From: a virus
Direction: 5' to 3' (one strand)
DNA length: 64,000 nt
IMG/VR virus record: IMGVR_UViG_3300028588_000820
Below the pieces are notes generated by a model. That model saw nothing but the letters and a program-made list of their open reading frames with translations, was not told the DNA's origin and ran no database searches. How positions within the stretch are numbered: position 1 is the first letter of the stretch; each line of letters opens with the position of its first letter. Below, piece after piece: positions 9,789 to 20,346 of this stretch. The translations under genes and the position numbers were made by a program.

Positions 9789-10019
9789 ATGACAAAATCA
9801 ATTCGCAAAGTCCCAGGTGTGCTATCCGTTATCGAACTCCGTGATGCTGGGTATGAATATGCACCTCCAATGGAGATGGCATTCGGTATGAGGACCGTCA
9901 TCGGCAAAGATGGCCGTCCAAAGAAATCAGCCGGACCGATTATGCCACCGGACTTTGCGATTGACAGATTCAACCACGTTGTTCTTGACATCGATCATCT
10001 CGATTACAAATTCCATTAA
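9789..10019 (+). CDS. Hypothetical protein
   Basis: Tightly packed ORF. Confidence 0.55.
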   Translation: MTKSIRKVPGVLSVIELRDAGYEYAPPMEMAFGMRTVIGKDGRPKKSAGPIMPPDFAIDRFNHVVLDIDHLDYKFH

Positions 10020-10020
10020 T

Positions 10021-10305
10021 ATGATGAACCGCAAGCTTAATGGACGTGAGATGGAACTGCTCGGTATCCTCCAAGAGGAGTGTGCCGAGATCATCCAAAT
10101 CATTTCCAAGATTCGACGTTTTGGTATCGATAGTACCTTCCAAAATGGCGTCTCAAATCAAACCCTCATGAACTACGAAATCGGCGACTTTCTTGGTGTG
10201 CTCCAAATGCTCACCGACATGCCTGATACCGTTATCATGCCAACCACTTTGGCCGAGCAAATCCCTACTAAAATCGCCAAAGTAAACCACTACCTACAAT
10301 CCTAA
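10021..10305 (+). CDS. MazG-like NTP pyrophosphohydrolase
   Basis: QEECAE...EIGD. Confidence 0.7.
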   Translation: MMNRKLNGREMELLGILQEECAEIIQIISKIRRFGIDSTFQNGVSNQTLMNYEIGDFLGVLQMLTDMPDTVIMPTTLAEQIPTKIAKVNHYLQS

Positions 10306-10306
10306 C

Positions 10307-10588
10307 ATGAAACTCTCTGTCAAACGTGATAGCGGCACCGTCAATGTAAATGTCACCCCTAACTGGCTTATGCTGCTAGGCGTGATCTTCATCCTGCTAA
10401 AGGTCGTGGGCGTCACCGCCGTCGCGACTTGGAGCTGGTGGTTGGTCCTTCTTCCGTTCTATATTGGTCTAGCGATCTTCGCTGGCTTTATGCTCCTAAT
10501 CGCTGGCGGTGCCGCAATCGTCATCGGTGGTGCATTCCTCCTGGATGGTATCACTAACCTCTGGCGCCGCATCAAGCGAGTGCTGTAA
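10307..10588 (+). CDS. Membrane protein
   Basis: FILLKV..WSWWLVLLP hydrophobic segments. Confidence 0.75.
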   Translation: MKLSVKRDSGTVNVNVTPNWLMLLGVIFILLKVVGVTAVATWSWWLVLLPFYIGLAIFAGFMLLIAGGAAIVIGGAFLLDGITNLWRRIKRVL

Positions 10589-10746
10589 TGGTTTGTCAGC
10601 ATTGCAGCCAAACTCATGGACACTATTCGAATGTCGAATTCAAATGTCCTGAAACCGGCAAGCCAACCAATGAAGACTATTGGTTCTGTCATTCTTGTGC
10701 ACTAATCGTGTACGAAACCGATCCTCACTATCAACCACAAAAATAA
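10588..10746 (+). CDS. Small zinc-finger protein (not in ORF track)
   Basis: MVCQHC...FCHSC, 52 aa, TAATG coupling at both ends. Confidence 0.6.
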   Translation: MVCQHCSQTHGHYSNVEFKCPETGKPTNEDYWFCHSCALIVYETDPHYQPQK

Positions 10747-10958
10747 TGAAATCATACTCAAACGAAGTTGCTGATACCAGCAAAGTGCAAGACGTTGAGC
10801 AACGTCTAACCGAAGCACTGTCCAAACAAGACGAAGCACAGAACACTCGCCTAGCCGCGCTCGAAAGCAAAGCAAAGCATCTTGGCTTCCGCGCCAACAT
10901 CCAATCAGTCCTTCTGTTCCTGATCGTCGTCACCGACATCATCCGCAACGGCTTCTAA
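10746..10958 (+). CDS. Small coiled-coil protein with C-terminal TM segment
   Basis: Coupled ORF. Confidence 0.6.
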   Translation: MKSYSNEVADTSKVQDVEQRLTEALSKQDEAQNTRLAALESKAKHLGFRANIQSVLLFLIVVTDIIRNGF

Positions 10959-10968
10959 GCTTCATCTC

Positions 10969-10986
10969 GAGGTGCTTCGGCACCTC
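10969..10986 (+). terminator. UUCG hairpin
   Basis: GAGGTGC-TTCG-GCACCTC. Confidence 0.55.
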
Positions 10987-11015
10987 TCCTCCTACAAAAA
11001 TAATAAGGGTCTCCC

Positions 11016-12095
11016 ATGTTTCCTGTCATCCGCCATCTGGATGATTTGCTTCCGCACATCCAACACAAACCCGAAATCTCGGTGAAGGTCGCACCAAATG
11101 GTTGCACCGTGGTTTGCTACGCAATCTCTGCACCAAACACGTTCGACGACCTATGGTCGCGTGAATGCCGAGGCATCACCTTCGCACCAGACGGAACCAT
11201 TCTGGCCCGTACTCTCGACAAGTTCTTCAACGTCGGCGAGAAGGAAGAAACCCAAGTCCACAACATTGATTGGTCGAAAGTCCGTCGTGTCATGGACAAG
11301 CGCGATGGCTCTATGATCGCCGCAATGGTACTGAACGACGAGGTAATTTGCAAGACCAAGAAGTCCTTTGAAACTTCGCAAGCAACCCGCGCGAACGAGT
11401 ACATCAAAGCGCGCCAAAACTACGACAGCTTTATTCGTCGTTGCGCAGTGCAAGGTTTCACTCCAACGTTTGAATGGACGTCACCTGAAGATCGAATTGT
11501 GTTAAAATACAACCACGACGAATTGGTGTTGCTTCACATTCGAAATAACGTTACCGGTGAATATGTTCTCGACGTAGAACCTCTAGCCAACCACTTCCGT
11601 ATCCCAGTAGTTCAAGACCTTACCCCAACCACTTTCAACCCAGCCGAATTCCTCGACAAAGCTGCTACCGAAGAGCTGATCGAAGGATGGATCATTCAGT
11701 TTGCAGACGGCCATATGGTCAAACTGAAAACGAAGTGGTACATCGACCTCCATCACTCTGTTACCTTCACTCGTGAACGCGACATTGCAGAGATGGTTGT
11801 CAACGAAACTGTTGATGACTTCAAATCGTACCTATCGAGCATCGGTGAGTCCTTAGACAAAGTCGAAGCAATCGAAAAGCGTGTCACTGATACGATCGCT
11901 AACATTGCAGCCACTATTGAACGTTTCTACGCGGACAACAATCATATGGTTGCGGATCGGAAAGAATTTGTCGAACGTGCCAAAGGTCATGACCTATTCG
12001 GTCTGATCATGATGCGATACTCTGGCAAAGAACTTCGTCTCAAAGAGCACTTCATCAAGTTCCACTTGCCAACCTACTCCTTGGAGACCGTGTAA
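11016..12095 (+). CDS. RNA ligase 1 (T4 RnlA-like)
   Basis: ECRG, KFFN, KRDGS, TFEW, EGWII, KLKTKWY. Confidence 0.92.
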   Translation: MFPVIRHLDDLLPHIQHKPEISVKVAPNGCTVVCYAISAPNTFDDLWSRECRGITFAPDGTILARTLDKFFNVGEKEETQVHNIDWSKVRRVMDKRDGSMIAAMVLNDEVICKTKKSFETSQATRANEYIKARQNYDSFIRRCAVQGFTPTFEWTSPEDRIVLKYNHDELVLLHIRNNVTGEYVLDVEPLANHFRIPVVQDLTPTTFNPAEFLDKAATEELIEGWIIQFADGHMVKLKTKWYIDLHHSVTFTRERDIAEMVVNETVDDFKSYLSSIGESLDKVEAIEKRVTDTIANIAATIERFYADNNHMVADRKEFVERAKGHDLFGLIMMRYSGKELRLKEHFIKFHLPTYSLETV

Positions 12096-12280
12096 TGCCT
12101 AGTCGTGTTTTTATGATTTGTGATGCGTACGAGAGTGGCTTCGGACACGGCCTGTACAATGATGCTCACGACGATGGAAAAGACCTCTACGCCGATCCTG
12201 AATTGGCAGAGGCATATACCCTTGGCTACCAAGCCGGCAATGAGAAGTTCCACGATGCATTGAGGAACAAGAATCGATGA
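12095..12280 (+). CDS. Hypothetical protein
   Basis: Coupled ORF. Confidence 0.55.
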   Translation: MPSRVFMICDAYESGFGHGLYNDAHDDGKDLYADPELAEAYTLGYQAGNEKFHDALRNKNR

Positions 12281-12666
12281 AACCTCTTGTTCACGCTAAG
12301 ATGACCGTGAAGAAGTATGGCGGGAAAGTTGAAGACTATCTCGCCATCCACAACTTCATCGATCACACCAAAATGTGCATGCCTGACATTCGGCATCGTG
12401 CACTACTCCACTCGAGCTTCGGCTGCTACTTGGTCGAACAGATGTTTGGGGTTTACATCACCAACTCCGAAGGCAAGGACGTTTCGACTCGAGACGTAGC
12501 CGAAGAGCATATCATCCAAGACCTTGGCTTCATCCCGACTGTTGAGAAATGGCTAGACAAACTGCCAATCGAAACGTGGATGTCCGGTGCAGCTAAGCGC
12601 AATGTCATGTCGTTCGACAATCAACCAACCATTCCTAAAAATGATCAACCAGTTTACTTCGACTGA
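12277..12666 (+). CDS. Conserved His-rich hypothetical protein (DUF6915-like)
   Basis: HA...KYGG..EDY..IH..RHR..LHS.FG..EEHI..DLG. Confidence 0.7.
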   Translation: MKPLVHAKMTVKKYGGKVEDYLAIHNFIDHTKMCMPDIRHRALLHSSFGCYLVEQMFGVYITNSEGKDVSTRDVAEEHIIQDLGFIPTVEKWLDKLPIETWMSGAAKRNVMSFDNQPTIPKNDQPVYFD

Positions 12667-13150
12667 TCCGGCAACCAAAGCCGACGCCAACAGCATCATC
12701 AATCAACTTGCCGAATTTGAAGTTCAAGTGAAGCGCCTCCGTGAAGATACCAAGACTCAAATGTCGAAGATCGTCGCGGATATGTTCAAGTCGTTCTTCG
12801 ACGCATTCCCGGAAATCAAGACCATCCATTGGCAGCAGTACACCCCGCTGTGGAACGACGGCGAGACCTGCGAGTTCCGTCTAGGCAGCATCGAGTTCAA
12901 CCGTGTCGAGTATGGCGCCGAACCCGTTGATGGTGAAGAAGTCGAAGAGTTCGACATCGGCGATGGCTTCGCTGTGAGCAAGTACGGCAACTCGCTAGGC
13001 CTGGAATACGAACTGTATCGCTCGTGCGTTGCAATCGAGAACGTCATCGAAAACATGGATGACGAATTCGAATCCATCCTTGGCAACAACGTGACCGTGT
13101 TCGTTACTCGCCGCGGCATTGATCTCGAAGACTATGAGCCAGAGTATTAA
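12641..13150 (+). CDS. Hypothetical protein
   Basis: W.QYTP.WNDGE.CEF motif. Confidence 0.7.
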   Translation: MINQFTSTDPATKADANSIINQLAEFEVQVKRLREDTKTQMSKIVADMFKSFFDAFPEIKTIHWQQYTPLWNDGETCEFRLGSIEFNRVEYGAEPVDGEEVEEFDIGDGFAVSKYGNSLGLEYELYRSCVAIENVIENMDDEFESILGNNVTVFVTRRGIDLEDYEPEY

Positions 13151-13424
13151 CCAAATCTATATCGCGCTTGACTATGATGACACCTATACCAAGGACCCAG
13201 AGTTCTGGTTGGAGTTCATTAAGAATGCACAAGCGCGAGGTCACATCGTCCGGGTAGCAACCATGCGTTGCTACTGGGAAGATGATATGGACCCGAGGCT
13301 GCTTGCTCTTATCCCAGTAGACTTCTGCTGCGGCAAGGCCAAGAAGATCACGCTAGCACAGCGTGGCCTGCATCCAGACATCTGGATCGACGATCGTCCC
13401 GACTGGATTGTTGGCGACGAATAA
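13134..13424 (+). CDS. HAD-superfamily phosphatase-like protein
   Basis: ALDYDDT, ATMR, WIDD. Confidence 0.7.
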   Translation: MSQSINQIYIALDYDDTYTKDPEFWLEFIKNAQARGHIVRVATMRCYWEDDMDPRLLALIPVDFCCGKAKKITLAQRGLHPDIWIDDRPDWIVGDE

Positions 13425-13449
13425 AAATAAAACTATAAGAATAATAAAA

Positions 13450-14139
13450 ATGACTACCACTACTACGACCACTACCACTACGACTGTTGTTACCCAAACC
13501 ACCACTTCGGCTAAGCAAAAGACTCGCCTGATCTTTGTACTAGATCGTTCGGGCTCGATGGGCGGTATCGCAAATGAAGCAATTGGCGGCTTCAACGCAT
13601 TCGTGGATGGCCAGAAGCAAGTCGAAGGCGAAGCAACTCTGTCTCTAGTGATCTTCGACAATGTCCTAGACACGATCCATGACAATGTGCCGCTGGCAAG
13701 TGTTCCAACTCTCACTAGCGAAATCTATATTCCACGCGGCATGACTTCGCTGTTTGACGCGATCGGTGTTACAATAGCTAAATACCTGGCAGTGCCAACC
13801 GATGAAAATACCAAAACCATTTTCGCAGTTCTAACTGACGGTGATGAGAACTCGAGCAAAGAGTTCTCTGGTAAGGCGGTGGCAGACCTCATCAAGAAGG
13901 TCGAGACCGAGCATCAATGGGAAGTCATGTTCCTAGGTGCGAACATCAATGTGGCTGAAATCGCCACTCAACTAAATGTCCAAACGTCTAAGTTCGCTGC
14001 ATTCGCTGCATCGGGCCGAGGCATTGACGACACCTTCAAATCCGTGAACGCATACGCAACCTCGCTACGTAGTGTTGCAAAAGGTGCCTCACTAGAAACG
14101 ACTCTACAAAGCACCTACGATTCGTTCGCTTCGCAATAA
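13450..14139 (+). CDS. vWA-domain protein with Thr-rich N-terminus
   Basis: DRSGSM, T.LFDAI, LTDGDEN. Confidence 0.9.
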   Translation: MTTTTTTTTTTTVVTQTTTSAKQKTRLIFVLDRSGSMGGIANEAIGGFNAFVDGQKQVEGEATLSLVIFDNVLDTIHDNVPLASVPTLTSEIYIPRGMTSLFDAIGVTIAKYLAVPTDENTKTIFAVLTDGDENSSKEFSGKAVADLIKKVETEHQWEVMFLGANINVAEIATQLNVQTSKFAAFAASGRGIDDTFKSVNAYATSLRSVAKGASLETTLQSTYDSFASQ

Positions 14140-14169
14140 TCCAACTCAAATAATATTCAAGGCTTTACA

Positions 14170-14622
14170 ATGACTCAAACTACCGGCTACCAAGACGTTC
14201 AAAACTTCCACGACAAATTTGCTGTGCCTCTGGCAACTGTCCCAACCCTGTTGGAAGGCGAAGCGTATAACTTCCGTCTCGGCTTCATGCAGGAAGAACT
14301 GCAAGAATTCGTGCAAGCACACTTCGACAACGATCTGGAAATGGCTTACGACTCACTGGTCGATCTGGTGTACGTTGCATACGGCACCGCACAGATGATG
14401 GGTTGCACTCCAGCCATGTGGCAAGAACTGTGGAATGCCGTGCAAGATGCCAACATGTCTAAGGTTCGTGCATCGTCCGCAGCAGACTCCAAGCGTGGCA
14501 CTTCGCTTGACGTGGTGAAACCAGCTGGATGGCAAGGTCCTGGCGTTAAGCACAAAGAAATTATCGCTCGCTATACCGCCGCTGCAAAGAATGCTACGAC
14601 TGTAGACTTCAAAGAAGTTTAA
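14170..14622 (+). CDS. MazG-like/all-alpha dNTP pyrophosphatase
   Basis: EELQE, DSLVDLVYV, ANMSK, KPAGW. Confidence 0.8.
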   Translation: MTQTTGYQDVQNFHDKFAVPLATVPTLLEGEAYNFRLGFMQEELQEFVQAHFDNDLEMAYDSLVDLVYVAYGTAQMMGCTPAMWQELWNAVQDANMSKVRASSAADSKRGTSLDVVKPAGWQGPGVKHKEIIARYTAAAKNATTVDFKEV

Positions 14623-14759
14623 TCCTGGAAATGTGAAATGCAAAGTGTCGAAATCGACACTTTGTGTTTCTTTTGGGGAATCCATTAGGTAGAATAGCAT
14701 CATTGGTTCTGCAATCATCGCAACAAGATTTGCGATGAATTCCTACAAAAATAATAGTT

Positions 14760-15806
14760 ATGACTAAACGTGATTACTACGAAGTTCTTGGCCTCGCCAA
14801 GGGCGCAACGGATGACGACATCAAGAAGGCTTATCGCAAGCTGGCTATGAAGTTTCATCCTGATCGAAATCCTGATGATCCTGCTAAAGCAGAGGAAGCT
14901 TTCAAAGAAGTAAAGGAAGCCTACGAACACTTGAGCGATCCTCAAAAGAAGGAATACTACGATCGCTTCGGACATAACGGAGCAGGTCAAAGTCAAGGCA
15001 CTCATGGTTTTGGTGCTGGTTGGGCTGATATGTTCCGTCGCTTCAATGAGATGCAACGTAAGCAGAAACAACCATCGGCACAGAAGAACACCGATGTTGT
15101 TGTCGACATCGACCTGACCCTGGAAGAAGCCGATGTTGGCTGCACCAAGAAGATCAAATACAAGCGTGCCATCGGTTGCAAGACCTGTGACTCGACTGGT
15201 TCCAAATCGAAGACCACTGAAACCTGCAAGTCGTGCAGCGGACATGGTCGCGTGAATTACGAAATCGCTCCTGGCTTCTACCAGCAAGGCGAATGCAACG
15301 TGTGTGAAGGTCGTGGCAAAACCGTTACCGATCCTTGTGATACTTGCAAAGGCGCTGGTGTGATCCTCGAAGATACTGAAGGCGAATTCACCATCCCTGC
15401 TGGCATGAACGAAAACGTCGTGATCAAGAGTGCTGGCCGTGGCAATATCGAGAAAGCATCGCTTCCACCAGGTGACCTGATCATTCGTGCTGACGTCAAG
15501 TACCACGACCGTTTCCAACGCATCATCGATGACCTCGCTTGCGAAATCTACATCGATCCGATCACCATGATGCTTGGCGGTGTGGTGAAGATCAAGAATC
15601 TGCGCGGTGACGTTCTCGAAGTGAACGTCAACGAGAATGCAGAATACGGCATCAAGATGCGTCTCAAAGGTCAAGGCATGAGCCGTCTGAATAGCAAAGA
15701 ACGTGGTGACTTGTTTGTCATCCCCGAGATTCGCTATCCAACCGTGACCGAAGAACAGAAGGACTTGCTCCGTAAGTTCAAAGCTCTCGAAGACGCTAAA
15801 AAATGA
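14760..15806 (+). CDS. dnaJ: DnaJ chaperone
   Basis: J-domain HPD, four CxxCxxxG repeats, C-terminal domain. Confidence 0.93.
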   Translation: MTKRDYYEVLGLAKGATDDDIKKAYRKLAMKFHPDRNPDDPAKAEEAFKEVKEAYEHLSDPQKKEYYDRFGHNGAGQSQGTHGFGAGWADMFRRFNEMQRKQKQPSAQKNTDVVVDIDLTLEEADVGCTKKIKYKRAIGCKTCDSTGSKSKTTETCKSCSGHGRVNYEIAPGFYQQGECNVCEGRGKTVTDPCDTCKGAGVILEDTEGEFTIPAGMNENVVIKSAGRGNIEKASLPPGDLIIRADVKYHDRFQRIIDDLACEIYIDPITMMLGGVVKIKNLRGDVLEVNVNENAEYGIKMRLKGQGMSRLNSKERGDLFVIPEIRYPTVTEEQKDLLRKFKALEDAKK

Positions 15807-16405
15807 TGGACGCTCGAGCAATCAAGACCATCATTGATTTCACCAACGCTCTGTATCACGATGGTAACATCGACCGGATCAACAAGGAGGAAATTCGTGA
15901 CATGCTCTCCAGTGGCCAGCTTTACAGCAAAGGCTGGCTCATGGAAGAACTTGTTCGTTGTAAATACAACTTCAGCCATGCACGAACCGCTATCACTTGT
16001 GGTGGTTGGGTAGGTTTTCTTGCCCAGCTCATCAACAATTCATTCATCGACATCCAAGCTGATACCTTGGACTTAAGTGAAAACTCGACCGCTATCGCAC
16101 GAAGCGTTGTGGTCGATGGCCAGGCGATCCTAGGGGACATGTACTCCTTCGATTATGCTCCATATGACATCATCATCAATACGGCCGCTGAGCACATTCC
16201 TGACGTTCAGGCATGGTCTGATTCGCTATCAAAGGGGAAGATACTAGTCGTTCAAAGCAATGACGCTCGACATATCGAAGAACATGTAAGCTGTGTGGAC
16301 TCTGCCGAGGAGCTGGCAGAGAAAATGAATTTGTCTGAGGTGTATTACATGGGCTCGCTGAAGTTCAGTATGTACACCCGTTTTATGGTTATCGGAAAAA
16401 AATAA
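15803..16405 (+). CDS. SAM-dependent methyltransferase-like protein
   Basis: SK.WL, CGGWVG, INTAAEH, QSN. Confidence 0.65.
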   Translation: MMDARAIKTIIDFTNALYHDGNIDRINKEEIRDMLSSGQLYSKGWLMEELVRCKYNFSHARTAITCGGWVGFLAQLINNSFIDIQADTLDLSENSTAIARSVVVDGQAILGDMYSFDYAPYDIIINTAAEHIPDVQAWSDSLSKGKILVVQSNDARHIEEHVSCVDSAEELAEKMNLSEVYYMGSLKFSMYTRFMVIGKK

Positions 16406-16406
16406 T

Positions 16407-16664
16407 ATGAGCAAGCAACAAATCAAACTGTGCGTCCCTGGTGGTTGGTCAACTGCAGCACGTGAACATATGGTCGACCTGTGGGAAGCGCGCAAGCTGC
16501 CATTCATCGATCGTGCTGGCGTCGCCGACCGTACCCTCCTGAAGTGCGGCATCGACGTGATCAAGTACAAGGAAGGCATGAAACTGCCAGACGAATACGT
16601 GTTCTTCGGTCACCGTGGCATGGACGACCTGCCACACAACATCACCCTGAATCGAGGCACCTAA
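16407..16664 (+). CDS. Hypothetical protein
   Basis: AAAAATAATATG start. Confidence 0.6.
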   Translation: MSKQQIKLCVPGGWSTAAREHMVDLWEARKLPFIDRAGVADRTLLKCGIDVIKYKEGMKLPDEYVFFGHRGMDDLPHNITLNRGT

Positions 16665-16915
16665 TGCTCTTCCAGCTTGAATTGGCTGGTTGCATTGGTG
16701 AAGAGTTGTACGAGAAGAGCATTCCGCCCGAATGCTCTCTCCCAACTGCCGACGCTCACGCCAAGAACTTGATGCTGTGTTATGGATTGATGCATTCGAT
16801 TCGTAGTGGGCATCGTCACGATTGCTCTGGTTGCGATGTCACTAAAGACGAACAGCGCAAGATCATGGTCCGCATCGAACAACGCAAAAAAGAACGTGAG
16901 GCTAAAGCGTGCTAA
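16664..16915 (+). CDS. Cys-rich hypothetical protein
   Basis: TAATG coupling. Confidence 0.55.
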   Translation: MLFQLELAGCIGEELYEKSIPPECSLPTADAHAKNLMLCYGLMHSIRSGHRHDCSGCDVTKDEQRKIMVRIEQRKKEREAKAC

Positions 16916-17112
16916 CCCTATTCGTCATCTCTGCCATCGTGTCAGGCGCGATCATGATCTTTTGTGGTATAATGAATCTCTTTGATTTGGAATACTATGT
17001 TCCGATCATCGATACGCATGATACCGGATGGTATGCACTTGTTGCTTTCATCTTCTCGGTCGTTGCGGTAATTGCTACTGCGATCATAAACATTTCATTA
17101 AACCATCTATGA
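16909..17112 (+). CDS. Small membrane protein
   Basis: Two hydrophobic segments. Confidence 0.55.
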   Translation: MLTLFVISAIVSGAIMIFCGIMNLFDLEYYVPIIDTHDTGWYALVAFIFSVVAVIATAIINISLNHL

Positions 17113-17303
17113 GAAAATCAACCGTTTTACTTGCACTCTTGACGATTGTTCTATTGGTGTCCATTAGTCGTTGCGATGTCGCAATCCTGGCGCGTAAAGA
17201 CGCTTCTTCGTGCGGTACACAAGAGCAATGCGAAGAACTGGCGCGCCTGATGGCAATGCCTGAATTCCAAAACGTACCGTCGCCAGCTTCCATGCAACCT
17301 TAA
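17109..17303 (+). CDS. Small secreted/membrane protein
   Basis: Signal-like N-terminus. Confidence 0.5.
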   Translation: MRKSTVLLALLTIVLLVSISRCDVAILARKDASSCGTQEQCEELARLMAMPEFQNVPSPASMQP

Positions 17304-17322
17304 AAGCACTGCCCCTGGTGGA

Positions 17323-17330
17323 TATAAATA
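17323..17330 (+). promoter_or_regulatory. T4-like late promoter
   Basis: TATAAATA about 30 nt before ATG. Confidence 0.65.
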
Positions 17331-17360
17331 ATCCATACCATAAAAATATAGGGGCTTTGC

Positions 17361-18218
17361 ATGTCATACTACCAGATACTGGAGCTGTCTCCGGGATCGA
17401 CCACTGAAGAGGTGAAGAAGGCGTATCGCCGTCTCGCGATGAAGTGGCACCCAGACCGGAACAACAATAGTAAGGCGTCAGAAGAGCGCTTCAAGCTTAT
17501 CAAGCAAGCCTATGAAGCGCTCACTGATCCATCTTACAAATACGTTCCGCCTCCACCAAAGCCCGAACCAAAGCCGCAGAGTGCCAAGCAATATGCGTAC
17601 CAAAATCGCAACGTTGTCAAGGCCGAACCTGATGCATCCATCTTAGTCTCCCAATCCGAACTATACACGGGCGTTCTCAAACACGCTCGTAAGAAAACTT
17701 TATGTCCTGCCTGCAATGGAACGGGTAATAAAGAAGTGTTTCGACCTGGATCAATCGGCGAAACTGTTTGGCGAAACAAAGGCTACTCGCAATACAAAGG
17801 CGAGAACGATGATGGTCGCTGCAAACCATGTAAAGGTCTAGGCGAAATCGTTGCCTTCGACTGCTGGTTCGATATCCCTCCTGGCGTTCCTCATCAAGCA
17901 GTGATGCAACTATCACGGATGGATTCGAGTGGTCGTCATATAGGCGGCTTCAGCAATATCAAAGTCCACGTTGGTCAGAAAGGAGACCGCCTTGAATATC
18001 GAGATGGTCATCTTTACGATTCAGTCATGGTCAATAATCGCCAGTTACTTGAAGGTTTCAAGCATATGGTATACCTACCGAATGGTAGGCGTATTGAAGC
18101 GATTATTCCACAAGCTCTCGAAGATGGTATGACAGTTCGAGTCGCTAATGTGGGTCCTCCAAACTTCAACACTGGCGAACCTGGACATTTGTACCTAAAG
18201 CTCAAGAAGTATCTCTAA
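17361..18218 (+). CDS. Second DnaJ-like protein
   Basis: J-domain HPD; only two CxxCxGxG repeats. Confidence 0.85.
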   Translation: MSYYQILELSPGSTTEEVKKAYRRLAMKWHPDRNNNSKASEERFKLIKQAYEALTDPSYKYVPPPPKPEPKPQSAKQYAYQNRNVVKAEPDASILVSQSELYTGVLKHARKKTLCPACNGTGNKEVFRPGSIGETVWRNKGYSQYKGENDDGRCKPCKGLGEIVAFDCWFDIPPGVPHQAVMQLSRMDSSGRHIGGFSNIKVHVGQKGDRLEYRDGHLYDSVMVNNRQLLEGFKHMVYLPNGRRIEAIIPQALEDGMTVRVANVGPPNFNTGEPGHLYLKLKKYL

Positions 18219-18272
18219 CACAATATAATGGTGGAGCAACACTCCACCATTTCATAAAAATAATACTCCCAT

Positions 18273-19250
18273 ATGCAACAATATCTCGATCTAGTCAAAC
18301 TGACTATGGAAGAGGGCGAAGACAAGACCGACCGCACTGGTACTGGTACTCGCAGCATCTTCGCTCGTCAGATGCGCTTCAATCTGCGCAAAGCATTCCC
18401 AATCGAAAGCGCCAAGTTCACTGCTTTCCGTCTAGTCGCTACCGAGCTGCTCTGGCTCCTGTCCGGTGACACCAACATCAAATACTTGCTAGACAACAAC
18501 AACCACATCTGGGATGAATGGGCCGACGCAGACGGCAAGCTCGGTCCAGTGTACGGCGAACAATGGCGCAAGTGGAAAGGTTACGAGTTCTATGACGGCG
18601 GCAAGAATGAAATGCCAGAACTGTTCACTCAATATGAAATTGATCAGATCGCCGACCTGATCAACCAACTCAAGAACAATCCAGACAGCCGTCGCCTCAT
18701 CGTCTCGGCCTGGAACGTTGCTGACATTCCGAGCATGGCACTGCCACCATGCCATTCGTTCTTCCAGTTCTATGTGTCGAAGGTGCCACGTCAACGTCGA
18801 GTCGACCTGATGCTGACGAAGATGATCACTGCAACCGGTCGCGCCTTCTTCGAACCAGACGAAGACATTATGTCCGCTGAAGAGTTCGACAAGGTCATGG
18901 ACGATGCTGGTATCCCGCGCCAAGCGCTGTCGTGTCAACTGTACCAGCGTAGCGCAGACATGTTCCTGGGTGTTCCGTTCAACATCGCTTCGTACTCGCT
19001 ACTGACCCATATGATCGCACAAATCTGCGGCTACGACGTGAACGAGTTCATCTGGACTGGCGGCGACATCCACGTGTATCACAACCACTTCGACCAAGTT
19101 AAAGAGATGCTGTCCCGGCTGCCGATTGAAGAAAATGCACAGTTGATCCTGGACCCTTCGATCACGGATATCGACTCGTTCAAATTGGAACACATCAAGC
19201 TGGAAAACTACGTGTATCATAAAGCCATTAAGGCTCCCGTTGCCGTATAA
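18273..19250 (+). CDS. thyA: Thymidylate synthase
   Basis: [29 protein letters not shown]; contains an insertion. Confidence 0.97.
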   Translation: MQQYLDLVKLTMEEGEDKTDRTGTGTRSIFARQMRFNLRKAFPIESAKFTAFRLVATELLWLLSGDTNIKYLLDNNNHIWDEWADADGKLGPVYGEQWRKWKGYEFYDGGKNEMPELFTQYEIDQIADLINQLKNNPDSRRLIVSAWNVADIPSMALPPCHSFFQFYVSKVPRQRRVDLMLTKMITATGRAFFEPDEDIMSAEEFDKVMDDAGIPRQALSCQLYQRSADMFLGVPFNIASYSLLTHMIAQICGYDVNEFIWTGGDIHVYHNHFDQVKEMLSRLPIEENAQLILDPSITDIDSFKLEHIKLENYVYHKAIKAPVAV

Positions 19251-19480
19251 TGAGTTGCTCTCCAAAACAACGAAAGTTGATTGAGGACTTAATGGATGAG
19301 GGTGCTCCGATACCGGCACACCCTCATTCAGATCAACCGGATTTTTCCATGTTTGATTCTGTTCAGTCAGCTGACAAATACATTAAAGACAACTACCACC
19401 ACCTTAATCGAAAGATCGCACAGATTGCAGTAAGCAAACGAATGCGTCCTGACGAATGGGGTGGGATTCCAAATCACTAG
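19250..19480 (+). CDS. Hypothetical protein
   Basis: Coupled ORF. Confidence 0.55.
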   Translation: MSCSPKQRKLIEDLMDEGAPIPAHPHSDQPDFSMFDSVQSADKYIKDNYHHLNRKIAQIAVSKRMRPDEWGGIPNH

Positions 19481-19483
19481 ATT

Positions 19484-19975
19484 ATGCCACGAAACTTTGA
19501 CTTGCCGTCTAAAGCAGCAATGCTTAAAGAAGGACCTGAACAAGATTGCCCTAAGTGTGGAGCTCCGTGTCTTCATAGCGATGGCGAGAAACAAGGCTTT
19601 GCATACGATGCTTTGCAAGAAGCAGCCGAATGGTATAACCGGCTACTCCATGACAATTTCGTCTACCAATACCTTCCACCGTTCGTAGACGGCGAACCCA
19701 TTCGTGTTCCATTCACGACGCAAGAGCAATTGCTCGGCATGGGTTGGATCGATCGCTGGACCAAGCTGACCGGCTTCAAACGCTTTGTTCTGATGCAGAT
19801 TCATCCCGATGTAACACAGCATAAGGCAGAATACGCCCTGGGAGCGGAGTTTGATCAGACGGCTAACGAGCATCATCGCCGCCGAAGCCCTTGGCTGATC
19901 GCGTTCCTGCAAAACAAGAACGGCATTAACTTTGAAGTTCTTCGCCACTGGCAAGAACAAGGACCAGCATACTGA
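19484..19975 (+). CDS. Hypothetical protein
   Basis: Packed ORF. Confidence 0.6.
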   Translation: MPRNFDLPSKAAMLKEGPEQDCPKCGAPCLHSDGEKQGFAYDALQEAAEWYNRLLHDNFVYQYLPPFVDGEPIRVPFTTQEQLLGMGWIDRWTKLTGFKRFVLMQIHPDVTQHKAEYALGAEFDQTANEHHRRRSPWLIAFLQNKNGINFEVLRHWQEQGPAY

Positions 19976-20346
19976 TGGCTGGCGTAACGATTCGTGATAA
20001 GGACATGGTCATCCGCATCCATGTCCCTGACGGCGATACCTACTTTGTAGTGGATGGCAAGCGTATCTACATGACGTTCCACAATTACTGTGGTCCATCC
20101 TTCTACAAGGACAAGTGGCACAACGAGCAAGTCAACTACGACGACTATCCACCCGAGCATAAACTGTGGGAGCACTTCGGACGTTGGCATAAGAAGTACG
20201 AAGCAGCTAAAAAGAGAAAACAAGAAGAATATGAAAATTCTCGTAACCGGAGCAGCGGGGTTCATCGGGATGAACCTGTGCAACTCTCTCTTGGCCTTAG
20301 GCCACCACGTCCACGGTCTGGACAATTTGAGCGCCGACTATCTTGA
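19975..20346 (+). CDS. Hypothetical protein (3' end overlaps the epimerase)
   Basis: TGATG coupling; FHNYCGP.F motif. Confidence 0.55.
   Translation: MAGVTIRDKDMVIRIHVPDGDTYFVVDGKRIYMTFHNYCGPSFYKDKWHNEQVNYDDYPPEHKLWEHFGRWHKKYEAAKKRKQEEYENSRNRSSGVHRDEPVQLSLGLRPPRPRSGQFERRLS

Noticed and set aside
13450-13510. ACN triplet repeat as a regulatory attenuator
   Set aside because: It is in frame with the vWA protein and has no terminator hairpin; treated as a low-complexity N-terminus.
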